A stretch of DNA of 64,000 nucleotides from Octopus sinensis (taxonomy: Eukaryota), in contig NC_043012.1 of assembly GCF_006345805.1 (NCBI RefSeq), forward strand, positions 50,096,001-50,160,000, read 5' to 3'. The position numbers were made by a program, and so were the translations under genes. The stretch's first letter is position 1. Every line of letters starts with the position of its first letter. The notes beneath the pieces were generated by a model. That model did no database searches, had not been told where the DNA came from, and worked only from the letters and a program-made list of their open reading frames with translations. Shown here piece after piece: positions 25,986 to 39,615 of the stretch.

Positions 25986-26732
25986 TATCGGAAGAAATGT
26001 TGCCAAGTATTTCTCCCAACGTGGTAACAATACTGCCTGCTCGCTGCCTCAAATAAATGCGAAAATATTGCGACGTAGTTCATCCGATGATCGTCATCCT
26101 ATGTGTGTTCCAGAGATAAATATAACGGAAAATGTCATAGAAAGGTAACATTTTCAGAACTCTCCAAGCTTGCTTTCCTACACATTTTTTTTCAACATCT
26201 TTCTCTGAATCTCTACGTCTTTGCGCCGGGATTTGTCTGTCTATCTGTCTGTCTGCCTCTCTCTCTATTACTTTTTTGTTTCTTTTTTTTCCTGTCTCTC
26301 TGCATATCTATCTATTTTATATATGCGTACGTTTGTGCACGTATATACGTGTGTGTATATATATATGCATGTATGTATATATGTATAATTTAATAAGATA
26401 AAGTCAACAAGAAGGGGTACGGTTAGACAGATATTATATAATCGCTACACCATACAACATAGATCTCCATTTTATTTATTTAAAAAACAAATTTTATCTA
26501 GTTTCAGCTCACGAGCTGTGGCCATGCTGGGGTACCGCCATTCGGTGTGTACATGAATTTAATTATGCAACAGTTTACCAGTATAATGGGATCCATTTGT
26601 ATTTTTTCAGGCGATATACAATTGCTGTCCCCGAAGATTGGAAGTATACCGTAATACTCCTGGCTGTTTGGTAAATTTGTACTCTGACTTCTATTTCGTA
26701 CTCAGCTATGTTACTAACGGAATACATCTTCA

Positions 26733-26764
<32 letters not shown>

Positions 26765-26765
26765 C

Positions 26766-26829
<64 letters not shown>

Positions 26830-27295
26830 GATATTGTATTTTTGCATAAGCATATTTATATGATTGTACATAAACGTGTTTGGTGTGCATGTGTGTGTGA
26901 GTATGAAGTAGGTGCGTATGTCTGTAGCACAGATTAGTACAAATCACATCGGTAGTTCTGTAAAGGTAATTCTTAGAACTATAGTAATACATTTAGCGTT
27001 TTCCAACCATCTATTCATACAGAGAGCATTTATATCTCCCTCTTTACTTACTAACACCAAATCATCCCCTAAACAATGCAATTCTTGTAAAGTATCATGA
27101 ATTCACGGTTGAATCAGCTTAATGTTCCGTACACAAACCAGTACACAATCTTCTTTCAGTGCCCAATAAAAGTAAATGCTTAATAATTTATGGAAAAATT
27201 GTCTAAAAAATTTTCTTTTCTTTTATTAGAGTATAGCTTCAGAAATGTATTATACATACATATATACATATCTATCTATCTGTCTATATATCGCT

Positions 27296-27373
<78 letters not shown>

Positions 27374-27480
27374 TCAAACGGTGTGTTGAACAATATTTCG
27401 ACTAATTATTGAACTTCTATATTTCTCGGTCCTGTATCTCATATGCTGCGAATAGATTCCATAAATATATATATACATAC

Positions 27481-27536
<56 letters not shown>

Positions 27537-27970
27537 CATGTATATGTGTGTGTGTGTACGTAAGAATACGTATACATATAGGTTTATACATGTATACACA
27601 AATAAAAATATATATGTATATGCATGTACCATAATCACATACATATATATATACAGACATATATAAATATAATTATGTATAATACGCATCTTTATATGCG
27701 TATTACTTGTATATAAACATGCATCTTTTTTAGACATAAAGCTCAGGTTCAATAGTAATCCGTTTATGAATATATGCATATCATTACAGCTGTTTGTTTT
27801 CTTGTGAGAATGGACATGTGTTTCTCTTTGTATCTGTTGCAAGTGTGTTTAACCATATGCCATCTATAGCGTATTAGTTTCTGTAATAAATCTTTGAAGT
27901 GTAGCACTGGCTTCTATAACTTAATACGGTTATTACCCTTTGTATCGCCAATTAAATACAAAATATACAT

Positions 27971-28002
<32 letters not shown>

Positions 28003-28244
28003 GTGCGTGTGTGTGTGTGTGTATATACATATATGTACACGCATGCATACATATATTTGAGTGTTTTGTGAATACATTTATTCCATTGTTTTTGCTAATG
28101 TTTGCTGCGGTTTATATAGTTTAAGATGAATATGGTGCAGACTGATTAGAAAGAAGCATGCATGTTTATCATAATTGCATCCCTTTATCGTTGCGCGCTA
28201 TTGCAGCGGGATTTTCTGAAGAATTCGTCCTTAAGGGAATATAA

Positions 28245-28376
28245 TAACAATAATAATAATAATAATAATATTAATAATAATAATAATAATAATAATAAAA
28301 CAAACTCATAATAATAATAATATTGATAATAATAATAATAATGATAATAATAATAATAACAACAACAATAATAATG

Positions 28377-28426
<50 letters not shown>

Positions 28427-28560
28427 GTTGAAAGAAACATCGGAATAATGCCAAAACTGAAATAATTTGTTAGATAGTATCCTTTCGGAACGTTGGAAAA
28501 TTTATCAAATATTTAAATGATGTTTCACAAGCAATAATAGTAATAATAATAATGACAATG

Positions 28561-28608
<48 letters not shown>

Positions 28609-28657
28609 TAATAATGATAATGATAATAATATTAATAATAATAATAATAATAATAAC

Positions 28658-28700
<43 letters not shown>

Positions 28701-28960
28701 TTAATAATAATAATAATAAGGGCGATGAAATGATGAAGATGATGATGGTGAGGATGACGATGATGGTGATTATGATGAGGAGGATAAATAAATAAAAACA
28801 AAATGTAAAGATACTTTGAAAGAAAAATTGCCTTGTAGATCCTTGAATAATAAGTGATGAAAGGCCTAACAACAACATCAAAAGCATTAGCAGTAACAAA
28901 AAGAACAATCACAGTAATAGCAAAACCACCAACACCGCCTACCTCAACACCACTAAGAAT
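28245..28960. repeat. Compound (AAT)n/(ATG)n/(AAC)n low-complexity array
   Basis: Direct reading; source of the poly-Y, poly-L and poly-I ORFs. Confidence 0.9.
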
Positions 28961-29399
28961 AATATTAACAAGATCTCGTTTCCTTGGAAAGTAATAGCTC
29001 AAACAAAAGTGTACACTAATTACGCATAACAGTTATAACAATAACTGGCAGACAATCACACATTGTCCCTTTTAAGTGAGATTCCTTTGTATTTGTTTTT
29101 CTTGCAAATTCCCTATTTTTTGTTAATATATATATATATATAATAAAAAAAGAGCGGCACTTTCTTGTTGCTACATGTTAAAGTGGAATGGTATCTGTAG
29201 AGGTGATGGTGTTGATGTGAACAATTCTATTCAGAATTTTAGGGAGATACAGCGTTGTTTCTTAAAAAAGCTAGCCATATTGATAAATTGTGAAGCAATG
29301 TGTTATACGTTCCATATATATTATCTCTTTTCTGCTACAATGACAAAGACTTAATGACACGCAAGCACGCATGCAAACATACATATAAACTCAGAGCAG

Positions 29400-29462
<63 letters not shown>

Positions 29463-29534
29463 TATATATATATATAATATATATATACATACATGCATAT
29501 ATATATACGTATATATATATATTTTTGTGCTTAA

Positions 29535-29574
<40 letters not shown>

Positions 29575-30399
29575 GTGTGTTAGATATACATATATGTATG
29601 TGTGGGCGTGGATGTGTGTATGTATACACATACATATGTAGATATCTATGTAGATATGTCATCGTTAAATCGTTTGTATGAATGAATATGCATGTATGCA
29701 TATGCTCATCTACACGTACATACACTCATACACTCTTGCACACACTTACGTATTGACACATAGACACATCCACACACACGCACATAGTCATGTATTCTTA
29801 TGTATATGCATGCAGGAAGAGGGTTATGAATGGTATGTTCTTTTGTGTAAATATTGTAAAATATTAAGCCGTATGAATAATTAAATTCTGTAAATTGTTG
29901 TAAACATAATTGTAATAACTATTTAACATCAAAAAGTTGTACGCATTAAGCAACATACTTCATAAACCTTTAAAATTTTTTTGTAGAAATCGATATGGAG
30001 TATAAAATTAGAATGATAAATTTGCTATGGTGCACCACCTCTGACCTGCCAATTGAGAAAATAAAAACGAATAAAAATTAAAATATATTAATCATTGGAA
30101 ATAACTATAACAAATATTTCAAGTTCTATGATAACTGTGCAAGACATAACTTTAATAATGGAATTCTCACTGACCATATATTACATATATAAACATATTC
30201 GGGGAATGGATTGCCAATGGAATATACTGTGTAGGCTAAATCTATTATTTGTTGGTTATAAAGAATTTAGAATAATAGCAAATTTCCTTCTTAGTGTTGA
30301 TGTTTCAACCAAAATCCTCCTCGACGAAACGGATGTATAATCATCTCCGGTGACGTTATTAAGAGCAATTAAAGTGTTATCAGGGCCGTATTTACTTAC

Positions 30400-30548
30400 G
30401 GATTTTTTTAAATATGATAGTGTGTGACTTCAGGATGTTTGCGCTAAAATTTGTAATTGGACGATGACTGCTATGTTTCCATTTCAAATAGGTAATATAG
30501 TCCAGCTGTCCTAATATTTCATAGAGAGTAAAAGTTTTAGGTGAGCTG
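30400..30548 (-). CDS. Candidate internal exon (SSPKTFTLYEILGQLDYITYLKWKHSSHRPITNFSANILKSHTIIFKKI)
   Basis: Acceptor ttgttttccttgtag|, 49 open codons, donor C|GTAAGT. No homology recognised. Confidence 0.25.
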
Positions 30549-30844
30549 CTACAAGGAAAACAAGTATACTGAAAATGGCTACTTGATTTAATAAATCAAC
30601 CATAAAAGATATTAAAGTTAGATTTTATACACGACCATAAAAATATATATACTGGCAAATTTTGGGTTGCATATTCTTCAGAAAACATGCAGGAAACATC
30701 TACTTGGTTTTTCAAAGTATCTACTCAAGACAAGTGTTTTAAAGAATATAACTAAAGTTTTCACTTTTTCACAGACAACAACCTTTCGGTAAGTCACGAG
30801 AAATAATAAATATAAGTAATATATATATACATATACACACACAC

Positions 30845-30883
<39 letters not shown>

Positions 30884-30946
30884 TATATACATATATAGAT
30901 ATATATCTCACATTCACACATGTAATTTTAATACTATGTATATATG

Positions 30947-31160
30947 AAGGCGGCGAGCTGGACGAAGCGTTAGTACAACTGGCGTAAATCTTAGCGACAT
31001 TTCGTCCATCCCTACGACTGTCTCCAAGTTCAAATACCGTCGAGGTCGACTTTATCTTCCATAATGTTGGGCTCGATCAAATGAATACCAGTTGAACACT
31101 GGGGTCGATATAATCGACTTCCACCCACAACTGAAATTTAAGGCCTTGTTGCAAAATTTG
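30947..31160 (+). mobile_element. OK-like SINE, diverged
   Basis: aaggcggcgagctgg...cgaggtcgacttt...ggggtcgatataatcgac...aggccttgttgcaaaatttg. Confidence 0.75.
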
Positions 31161-33056
31161 AGCTCGATACTAGATGTATGTTAGTATGGGTAGAGGTACG
31201 TAGCCATCTGGAGTTTATTTTTAATGCTAGTAGGAACAACGTCAGCTGTAGAACCATTGTCTAAGTTATATGTGTTAAGATGCGGGATGCGATATAGTTT
31301 ATAAGAGAGAGTGATTGTATAAAATGTTGGCTTGCATATTGGTATGATTTTAGTTTGCTACGATCACAAGTTTTGTGGAAAATATTCCCTTTCCCTATTC
31401 CAATTATATTTTTGAATCAAGCGAAGTACACGCACCAAAGAGAGGAAAAACCTAGATATATTGTTTAATGTTTAGTAATATAGATTGTGTTGTTCACCAT
31501 TATATTCAAATTCTCGTGTTGTCTGCGAAACATTCACGATTTATGCACAATATTGAGCACTCTCTGTGACAGATTTATGCAACAAATAGATGCAACATTG
31601 ATTGTATTATGTATATATTAAAGGCTACGGTATTCATATAAATGACATGAAATATTTCAAGCACTATCTTTGGATAGTGGCTGTCGGATTATCTAATAAA
31701 GAAATACGATATTAGTTGGAGTAGAAATGTTTCTTTATACCAGTAAAGCATTTATCGATCAAATTTACACAAGGACTGCAGTTGTCCTGCGGTATATTCA
31801 ATAACGAAATTATTTAGCAAGAGATATATACGAGGTTCGACTCTTGTAAGTGTACTGTTGTATTGCCTTAGATACTTATGAATCCAACGATTGTCTTATA
31901 TAGATAAACTTGCACATACATTTGCAAATATACACATATACATACACATAGGTGCACATGCATACACACACGCACACACACGCACAAACGCACACACAAA
32001 TACACACACATACACACACACACGCAAACACAAACACGCACACACACAACACACACACCACACGCACACATGGAATATATCGATATCGTCGAATTATCTT
32101 CCAAGGAAGAAATTAAGTTTTTGACACCATGTAACTCCTTCGAAAATATAAGGAAGAAATTTTGAAACCAGTCGAGCATTCGTGCATTATCCATATAATC
32201 ACAAAGTAAACGGTGAATATATGAAAATAAAACGACACAACAATTTGTAAATTAGGATAATTATTTTCAATTAACTATAGAAAGAGAATAGCTTGACCAA
32301 CTGTAATTTTAAAAACTTAGTCGAAACCCAATTACATAAATATATCATATATAAACCTTATATCTCAATTTATATACATAACTAAGCTCAGCCGAACGGC
32401 AGCGCTGTCGTCATTAAGTGCTTCAACATTGTAGAACATATACTGTTTTGCACTTACCTTCATTCTGTATGTGTTGACTTTTACCGAATTTTGTCTAAAT
32501 CTCTTCTCGAAAAACCTAGGCTTGAGAGAAAAATGTATTATTGTTATGGTCCTCATTGCCAAATATCTTGCTAGAGCCTACTGAGTAGCTAAAGGCAACA
32601 TAAGGTTCGAGGGATCTAAAGATTGATGGAGGTTTCAATACTGTTGAGCAGTTCATCATAGACAGTATCACATATACTCAATTGCTTTCGGCTGTACAAA
32701 TTCGATGGTCGAACGATTTCAGGCTGCAAGAATGGCCAAGCTTCGGTTCGATTTAGAAAAGGCCATAACAGAATTTTGAAGGAATTCTACTTGAACGTCA
32801 TAAAAATTCCTCTGATGTGAGCAAAACCTAAAAATCTCTCTCATGAGCTAAGATTTTCAAAAGAAACCAGTATTACACTTTATAGTTGAACTAAGATTAT
32901 GAAGGGAATCTAATTTTTATTCAATCTGTGAATGAAAGATTTAAATTCCATAAAAATATTTCCTCGTACACAGCACACAATACACAACTTCAGCACCACT
33001 ACATTTAGCAATTCTTCTTATGATGATAATACTTTCATACCATAATCTATGATATA

Positions 33057-34337
33057 CGAGGGACGTTCAATAAGTAATGCCCCTGACCCACTTCCCATAG
33101 CAGTAGAGCAACGAAACTTGGAACAGTTATTAGTCTTTTTCTACATAGGAACCACCCAGAGTTACGCATTTCTTCCATCGTTTGATGCAGCTCTGAAGAC
33201 CGTTTTTGTAGAAGACCCCAGCTTGGTCCTCCAACCACGACGTGACTTCAGAAATCAAGGCTGCATCATCTGGGAAACGCTTTCCTTTCAAAAACAACTT
33301 CATGGCTGGGAAGAGGTGAAAATCAGAGGGTGCAAGGTCAGGAGAGTAGGGGGATGAGTTCATAGCCGCACGCATGTGCTTCTGATTTGGCGACACGCGA
33401 GTTGTGGACCGGAGCGTTGTCCTGCAGGAGGAGGATGACTTTGCTGATCTTGCCCCGCCTCTTGATTTTGATAGCTTCTCTTAATTTCCTCAAAAGTGAA
33501 GCATAATAGGCTCCTGTAATTGTGGCACCCTTTGCCAGGAAATCTGTCTTCACTACTCCGTCCTGGTCCCAGAAGACTGTAAGCATGACCTTGCCAGCGG
33601 AGGGCTGCACCCTTGCCTACTTTGGAGGAGGTGAGTCACGGTGCTTCCACTGCATTGACTGGGCTTTGGTCTCTGGATCATAGTGATGGACCCAGATTTT
33701 ATCCTATGCAATCAGTCTTTTGAAAAATTTTGACTCATCTTCTTGGCACATCTCCAAATTCATCCTCGAGCAATCGACGCGTTCTTGCTTCTGGAAAGGT
33801 GTGAGCAACCTGGGAATCCATCTGGCAGACACCTTTTGCATATGCAAATGGTCATGAATGATAGTTTCCACAGACCGGTACTAATCTTGACCTCATGGGC
33901 TATTTGGCGAATAGTTATGCGTCGATCTTCCAAAATGGCAGCCTCAACTTGACAGACAGTTGCCTCATCAATGGCAGAAGGGGGCGACCAGATCTGGGAG
34001 CTGTTTCCACAGAGTTCCGACCATGTTTGAATTCACGATGCCAGCGTTTTACAAGGTCATATGATGGGGCATCATCACCATAAGTTACTTTCATTTCATC
34101 AAAAGTCTCCCGTGGTGTGCGTCCTTTCAAATACAAAAACCGGATCACTGTTCGACACTCAACATGCTCCATTTCACACTTGACTCGGTTCAAACACCTG
34201 TAAATCGGAAACCACAATTAGTTCAGAGCTAATTTGCTACTTAATCTATAGAGATATAAATAATTGCACATGCAAAATTTCAGCTAGATCAAACAAATGC
34301 AAGTGAATCAGGGGCATTACTTATTGAACGCCCCTCG
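33057..34337 (-). mobile_element. Full-length mariner element (1281 bp, irritans-like) with 30-bp TIRs and TA TSD
   Basis: ta|cgagggacgttcaataagtaatgcccctga ... tcaggggcattacttattgaacgcccctcg|ta, one mismatch between TIRs. Confidence 0.95.
33130..34172 (-). pseudogene. Mariner DD34D transposase, disrupted
   Basis: MEHVECRTVIRFLYLKG..., IWVHHYDPE, QDNAPVH, YSPDLAPSDFHLF; two in-frame stops and frameshifts. Confidence 0.93.
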
Positions 34338-34672
34338 TACAACCATGCAGTCTATACACCAAGCACACAAAATTTAACAGGAATGAATCATCAAATTATC
34401 CAGTTTAGAATGTACCGCAAACTAATATAAGGATTTGAATTACAGAGCAGCGTAGAATTCATTTTTTTCCAATACATTGTTCAGACGTTCAGCTGTGACC
34501 ACACTGGTGTAACTTCTTAGTCGATCAAATACACCTGCAACTTATTTAATCGCTTGTCTAACCACTCAGTTACCAGGACATAATGAAAGCACACTGGGTG
34601 TCGATGGAACAACACAAAGACATATACAGATTATATATACATACATACTTACACACACACACACACACACAG

Positions 34673-34736
<64 letters not shown>

Positions 34737-35181
34737 TATGTATATACAAACGTAACCACACACATGAGCGACGAGCTTCATTCGGCTTTTGCACGACCGA
34801 GCGTTATAGCAGAATTCACTTAGCCAAGGTACTAGGAACGGCAAATAAAATTAAAACCCAGTTTAACATATGTGTTCAATTATGTCGAAAGACAAAGTGA
34901 CATCTACATTTTTGAGGTACGCTATATCTCATTCAGAATAGGTAACCTATAATATCGTATAATGGAACTCACTATGTTACAACGAAAGCAACATAATCAT
35001 CATCATTATAACTACTAGTATAATTTGAAAACAGAAGTGGGATACATGTAGTATATAACAACATGCATTCCGTTTCTAGAAATAGGAGATTTATATCAGA
35101 ACCAGAACTAGTATTTCTATCAATTCACGTAACGTTTGAATGCATGAAATATGAAAAATCACAATTTACATACGCATATAT

Positions 35182-35217
<36 letters not shown>

Positions 35218-35243
35218 ATAATATATATATATGTGTATATATA

Positions 35244-35345
<102 letters not shown>

Positions 35346-35360
35346 TATAATATATATATA

Positions 35361-35392
<32 letters not shown>

Positions 35393-35689
35393 ATATATAT
35401 AACACGCTGATATATGACCTACATTGGACCACTTATTCGCATAATCACAGAAACTGGAGCTTAACTATGGTCTATTCATACCACTTATTCAGCATTACCT
35501 GACACCCCACCGTCGCTTGGCAATCGATGTTGGTGTGTTTACGTCTCCATATTCGATGGTTGAACGATTTCAGACTGCAAGAATGGTCAAACTTCGGTTC
35601 GATTTAGAAAAGACCTAAACAGAAGTTTCAAGGAATTCTAATGGAACGTGATACAAATTCTTCAGTGCTACAGCATGACCATAATCTTG

Positions 35690-35861
35690 ACTATAGCCAT
35701 GCTGGAGCACTGCCTTCAGTCGAAGAAATCGACTCTAGAACTTATTCTTTGTATGCCTAGTATTTATTCTATCAGGTTCTTTTACCCAACCGTTATGGGT
35801 ACATAAACACACCAACATCAATTGACAAGCGACGGTGAGGTGCCAAACACAGACACACAGC

Positions 35862-35927
<66 letters not shown>

Positions 35928-36085
35928 TATATACGACTAGCTTTCAGTTTCCCTCTACCAAATCGACGACAAGGCTTTGGTAAACACGAGGCTATAGCAG
36001 AAGACACTAGCCGAAGGTGCCCCGCAGTGGTATTGAACCCGGAACGATGTGGCTGGGAAGCAAGCTTCTTACCACACAACCACTC
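35690..36085 (-). mobile_element. CORE-type SINE, tail-to-tail with a plus-strand fragment (35505-35685)
   Basis: Matches the 21926 and 43176 copies. Confidence 0.8.
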
Positions 36086-36101
36086 AAATATATATATATA
36101 T

Positions 36102-36133
<32 letters not shown>

Positions 36134-36599
36134 ATATATATATTATATATGTATATATATATGTGTGTGTGTGTGTGTGTCTGTGTATGTTTGTGTCGGT
36201 GTGTGGTGGGGGTTTGTGTGTATGTGGTGTGTGTGTGTGTGCTTATAGTGATTTCTTTCATGCACAATGCACACCAGTAAAACCATACACGTACACACAC
36301 AGAAAAGCGTACGCACAGAAATACATAAAAACACCAGTAAGTATAAAAGTGCACGGCGGTGCCTAGACAAAAGTAGGCGCACAGTAATCGTACACCTTTC
36401 AGAAGTGGTTGAAAACTGTGATTAAAATTTAATGGTCTATAAACATTTATGTGAGGCTCTTAGAAATGTTAACCCTATTTGAAGATTAGTCTTTTAATAA
36501 TATTTCTATAGTTAATCTTGATATCGACAGGTGTTTGTTCCTCATTTCATTCATTTATATTAGATATTTTTATACACATTTTCAAACTGTTTTCAGTTG

Positions 36600-38585
36600 T
36601 TTTCTTGTTTGCTATCTCAAGATATCTCAAGAACCTTTGGATGGATTCGGGTGGAACTTTCAAGGATGTTTGGCCCCGTGACTGGCACGAAAGGATTAAA
36701 TTTTGTCATCCATCCGGTACCAGACAAGGATTCTGGATTATATTTCCTATTTTTAAAAATATATTTTTGAGATCGCTCGGGTTCATTTTTAGTATTCTTG
36801 TTTGTGAGAGCAGTCGAGTTTATTTTAGATATTCTCATTTTAAAAACCATCTCCGGCTAATCGTTGAGAGGACGTTGGTATTGTTGTTGGTGTTTTATTT
36901 GAGTCAGTTGAGTTCGATGAGTGTACGCTCCATGTGAGTACTGTTATTGTTTAATTGTTATTTGTTGAATTGTTGGGTTGTTATCCGTTGAACTTATTGT
37001 TACCGTTTTTAATTTTCTTTCCCATTTATGGGTGAAGTTGTGAACAATATGGAAGGTACACCATTTCAAGCGGGCAGTTATGCTGCGGTGACTGGCAAAA
37101 ACCTGTCAGCTGAGGTACTGCAAGTTAAAGAAATTAAGTTAAAGGAGAAAAATTTTAAGAAATATAAAAAAGTTTTGAGAAAGAAGGGAGATAGCCTGAG
37201 TTTGACGCCTCATAAAGAAGTGTTAGAAAAACGGAGAAGGAAACTATTGTATGCAAAACATTGAATATTACAACAAAAACGTTGGAAATAACTGCGGTGG
37301 AGGCGGTCGAGGAGTGCCGAAGGGAAATAAAGAACGTAACGACGTACTACACCAGAAGAAGGAAATACGGCACAGGGGAGGTACGCTTCGTGAGTGAAGA
37401 AGAAGTGAGAAAATGCTCCACTGTGCCTTTGAGATCAGCAGAGAGGGCACTACTAACGACTTACAGTGGCAAACGTGCGGCCAGTGTAAGCATAGGTAGA
37501 TTTCACCCAGAAACTGATGAGGCGTGGCTGTTAGCAGCCATCCCCTTCAACATAGGGGAGGACACTGAGATATTGAAAATATCAAGAAGTACATAGGTGA
37601 ACTGTTGGGGTATGTACTAGAGGTATTGGTCCTTATAAGCTTGCCAGACATCCACAAGATTGCGGAAGAACTGATACTGCCTGACGAAGCAAGGTTGAGA
37701 ATAGTGGTGGAAGGAAGACCACCCGTATGTTTTCTATGTGGAGTAAGGGGATACATGGAAGCTAAGTGTCCCCAGAAATATGAACAAGAGGAGACAGGGA
37801 AGGAACATCAGGTAGAAGAGGGTGCAACCGTGGAGGAGGAGAACATGGAAGTGCAATGTACAGTGGTAAGAAGAAAGAAGAGTAATTACTCACCACCAAA
37901 ACCTCCGAGAAAGAAAAGAAAGGCAAGTGGAAAAGAGAAGCAACATGAAAAACAAGAGGGAACACACGAGAAGAGAAAAAAATGAAAAGACAACAAAAGT
38001 AAGTGAGGAACAAACACAGAATAAGAGAAGACAGAGACAGAAATGCCAGCGGCAGAGGAGGGAATTGGTGAGGAGAGAAGAAGAGTGACACCCAAAAGGA
38101 AAAAAAAACATAGGAACAATGGGGCAATACCCAAAAGTGCAGAGATACAGAAAAAAATTGCCAAGATGAAGAACGTTATCAGAGTGAAATTAGCGGCCAA
38201 AGAGTGTAATGAAGGTTTTAAAGCTGTTTTTGTTGAAAAAAGAAAGAGGAGAGAAACTGAAGGAGTTGTTTGGTGAAAGAGTGGAGATGACAGGAATAGA
38301 AATTGGTTTCGACGAATTGCCGCCGGTGGTGATCTTCGAAGAGTATATGTTATAAACCAATAGATACAAGACCGATATGAACTGTTCATTTAAAAACAGT
38401 GAAATGGAACTACCTGCTTTTGGGGTGTAGGTAAGCATTTTCATTCCCATTTTCATGATATCTATAATTCATTCGATTTGTGTTTCTATGTACTCCAATG
38501 TATTGAGGCCTTGTGCCTGACTAAAGAAATAAGGACGTTCGTGTTGCCTTGGCGGAGTTTTGCGCTCTATGATCGCTCTTGTTAT
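36600..38585 (+). mobile_element. Helentron/HINE-like non-autonomous element split by a retroelement (parts 36600-36879 and 38532-38585)
   Basis: gatatctcaagaacc...gatggattcgggtggaactttc and the 3' end ccttggcggag..ttgcgctctatga resemble this element class (from recall); the junctions share aggacgtt(g/c)gt. Confidence 0.45.
36880..38531 (+). mobile_element. Non-autonomous LINE derivative carrying only a decayed ORF1 (zinc knuckle), with an 11-bp TSD
   Basis: T-rich 5' region; ORF pieces 37028-37985 including VEGRPPVCFLCGVRGYMEAKC (degenerate CX2CX4HX4C); A-rich tail taaagaaataa; TSD aggacgttggt/aggacgttcgt; no RT. Confidence 0.7.
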
Positions 38586-39287
38586 ATCTACTTTAACTGT
38601 TACATATGTATCTTATCTCTTCCTGCTTTTTATTTACGTTAAGGATAGTTATTTTTAAAAATTTCTCCCGAACACCTTAACTGATATGAAGCATCATATC
38701 ACAATTTTTACTGATCTGATCAAATTAATCTTATCTTGTCTCTGCCTTCCATTGTATATATACAGAGGAAGTTTTGTTTATACTTACAGTTGAATCGTTC
38801 CTATAACCACGATATTCTGGCGATCTGATGAGCTAGCTTTATGTATATGTATTGATTTAAGAATACAAAATTCTATTGTAGAATGCCTAGCAGGCTTATG
38901 AAGCATAATCCTTTCAACTATGAAATTCTATATGAAGAAGGTTGCGAAACATACGTAACCACAAGAATGTCAATTGGTTAAATAAATATATATGCACCTC
39001 TAATATATTTATCCTAACTTTATATACTTATGTATGTTCGGGGCAGGACATTGGTTGTTTAAGTAGATAATGATGATATATTTACAAACGTCTCACTTAT
39101 TTTTAGTACGTATCAATATAATGCACATTAAGTTCCATTGATATTTTTCGCTGATATCTTCTGAGAGAATTTGTCTCGATGATGTGAATTAATATCAGGT
39201 GAAATTTGAATGATGTGATATATTATCTGAGCTGTTCCTATTCTGACTATCGATATTGTTAGTCATGTAAAATACACATTATTTACA

Positions 39288-39615
39288 TTATTTAGAGTTG
39301 ACGGATATTTGTCCTCATCTTGTTTGTTGTTAAAACAATGCTTCGGCTGATATACCTTCCAGCCTTCATTAGGTGTCCTGGGAGACTGAGACAATATCTC
39401 TACAGCTGACGTTGTTCCTACTAGTATCAAAGAATAAACTCCCGATGGCTACGATGCTCTACCCATACGATGCTCTACCCATACAAACATACATCTAATA
39501 TTGAGGTCATTCTGATGTCATTATATAAAAAAAATTAAAAGCATACCTTAGGAATGAGAATCCAGGTTCGAAATTGAGGACAAGATGAGGACAAACATCT
39601 ATCAACTGTAAATAA
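39288..39615. mobile_element. Inverted-repeat element with a degenerate hammerhead (39335-39376, minus strand)
   Basis: About 34-bp terminal inverted repeats; reverse complement ACAC-CUAAUGA-A-GGCUG..CAGCC-GAAG. Confidence 0.55.

Noticed and set aside
26940-27110. Minus-strand frame containing HCLGDDLVLV, resembling an RdRp GDD motif
   Set aside because: About 50 codons bounded by stops, with no other polymerase motifs; chance is most likely.
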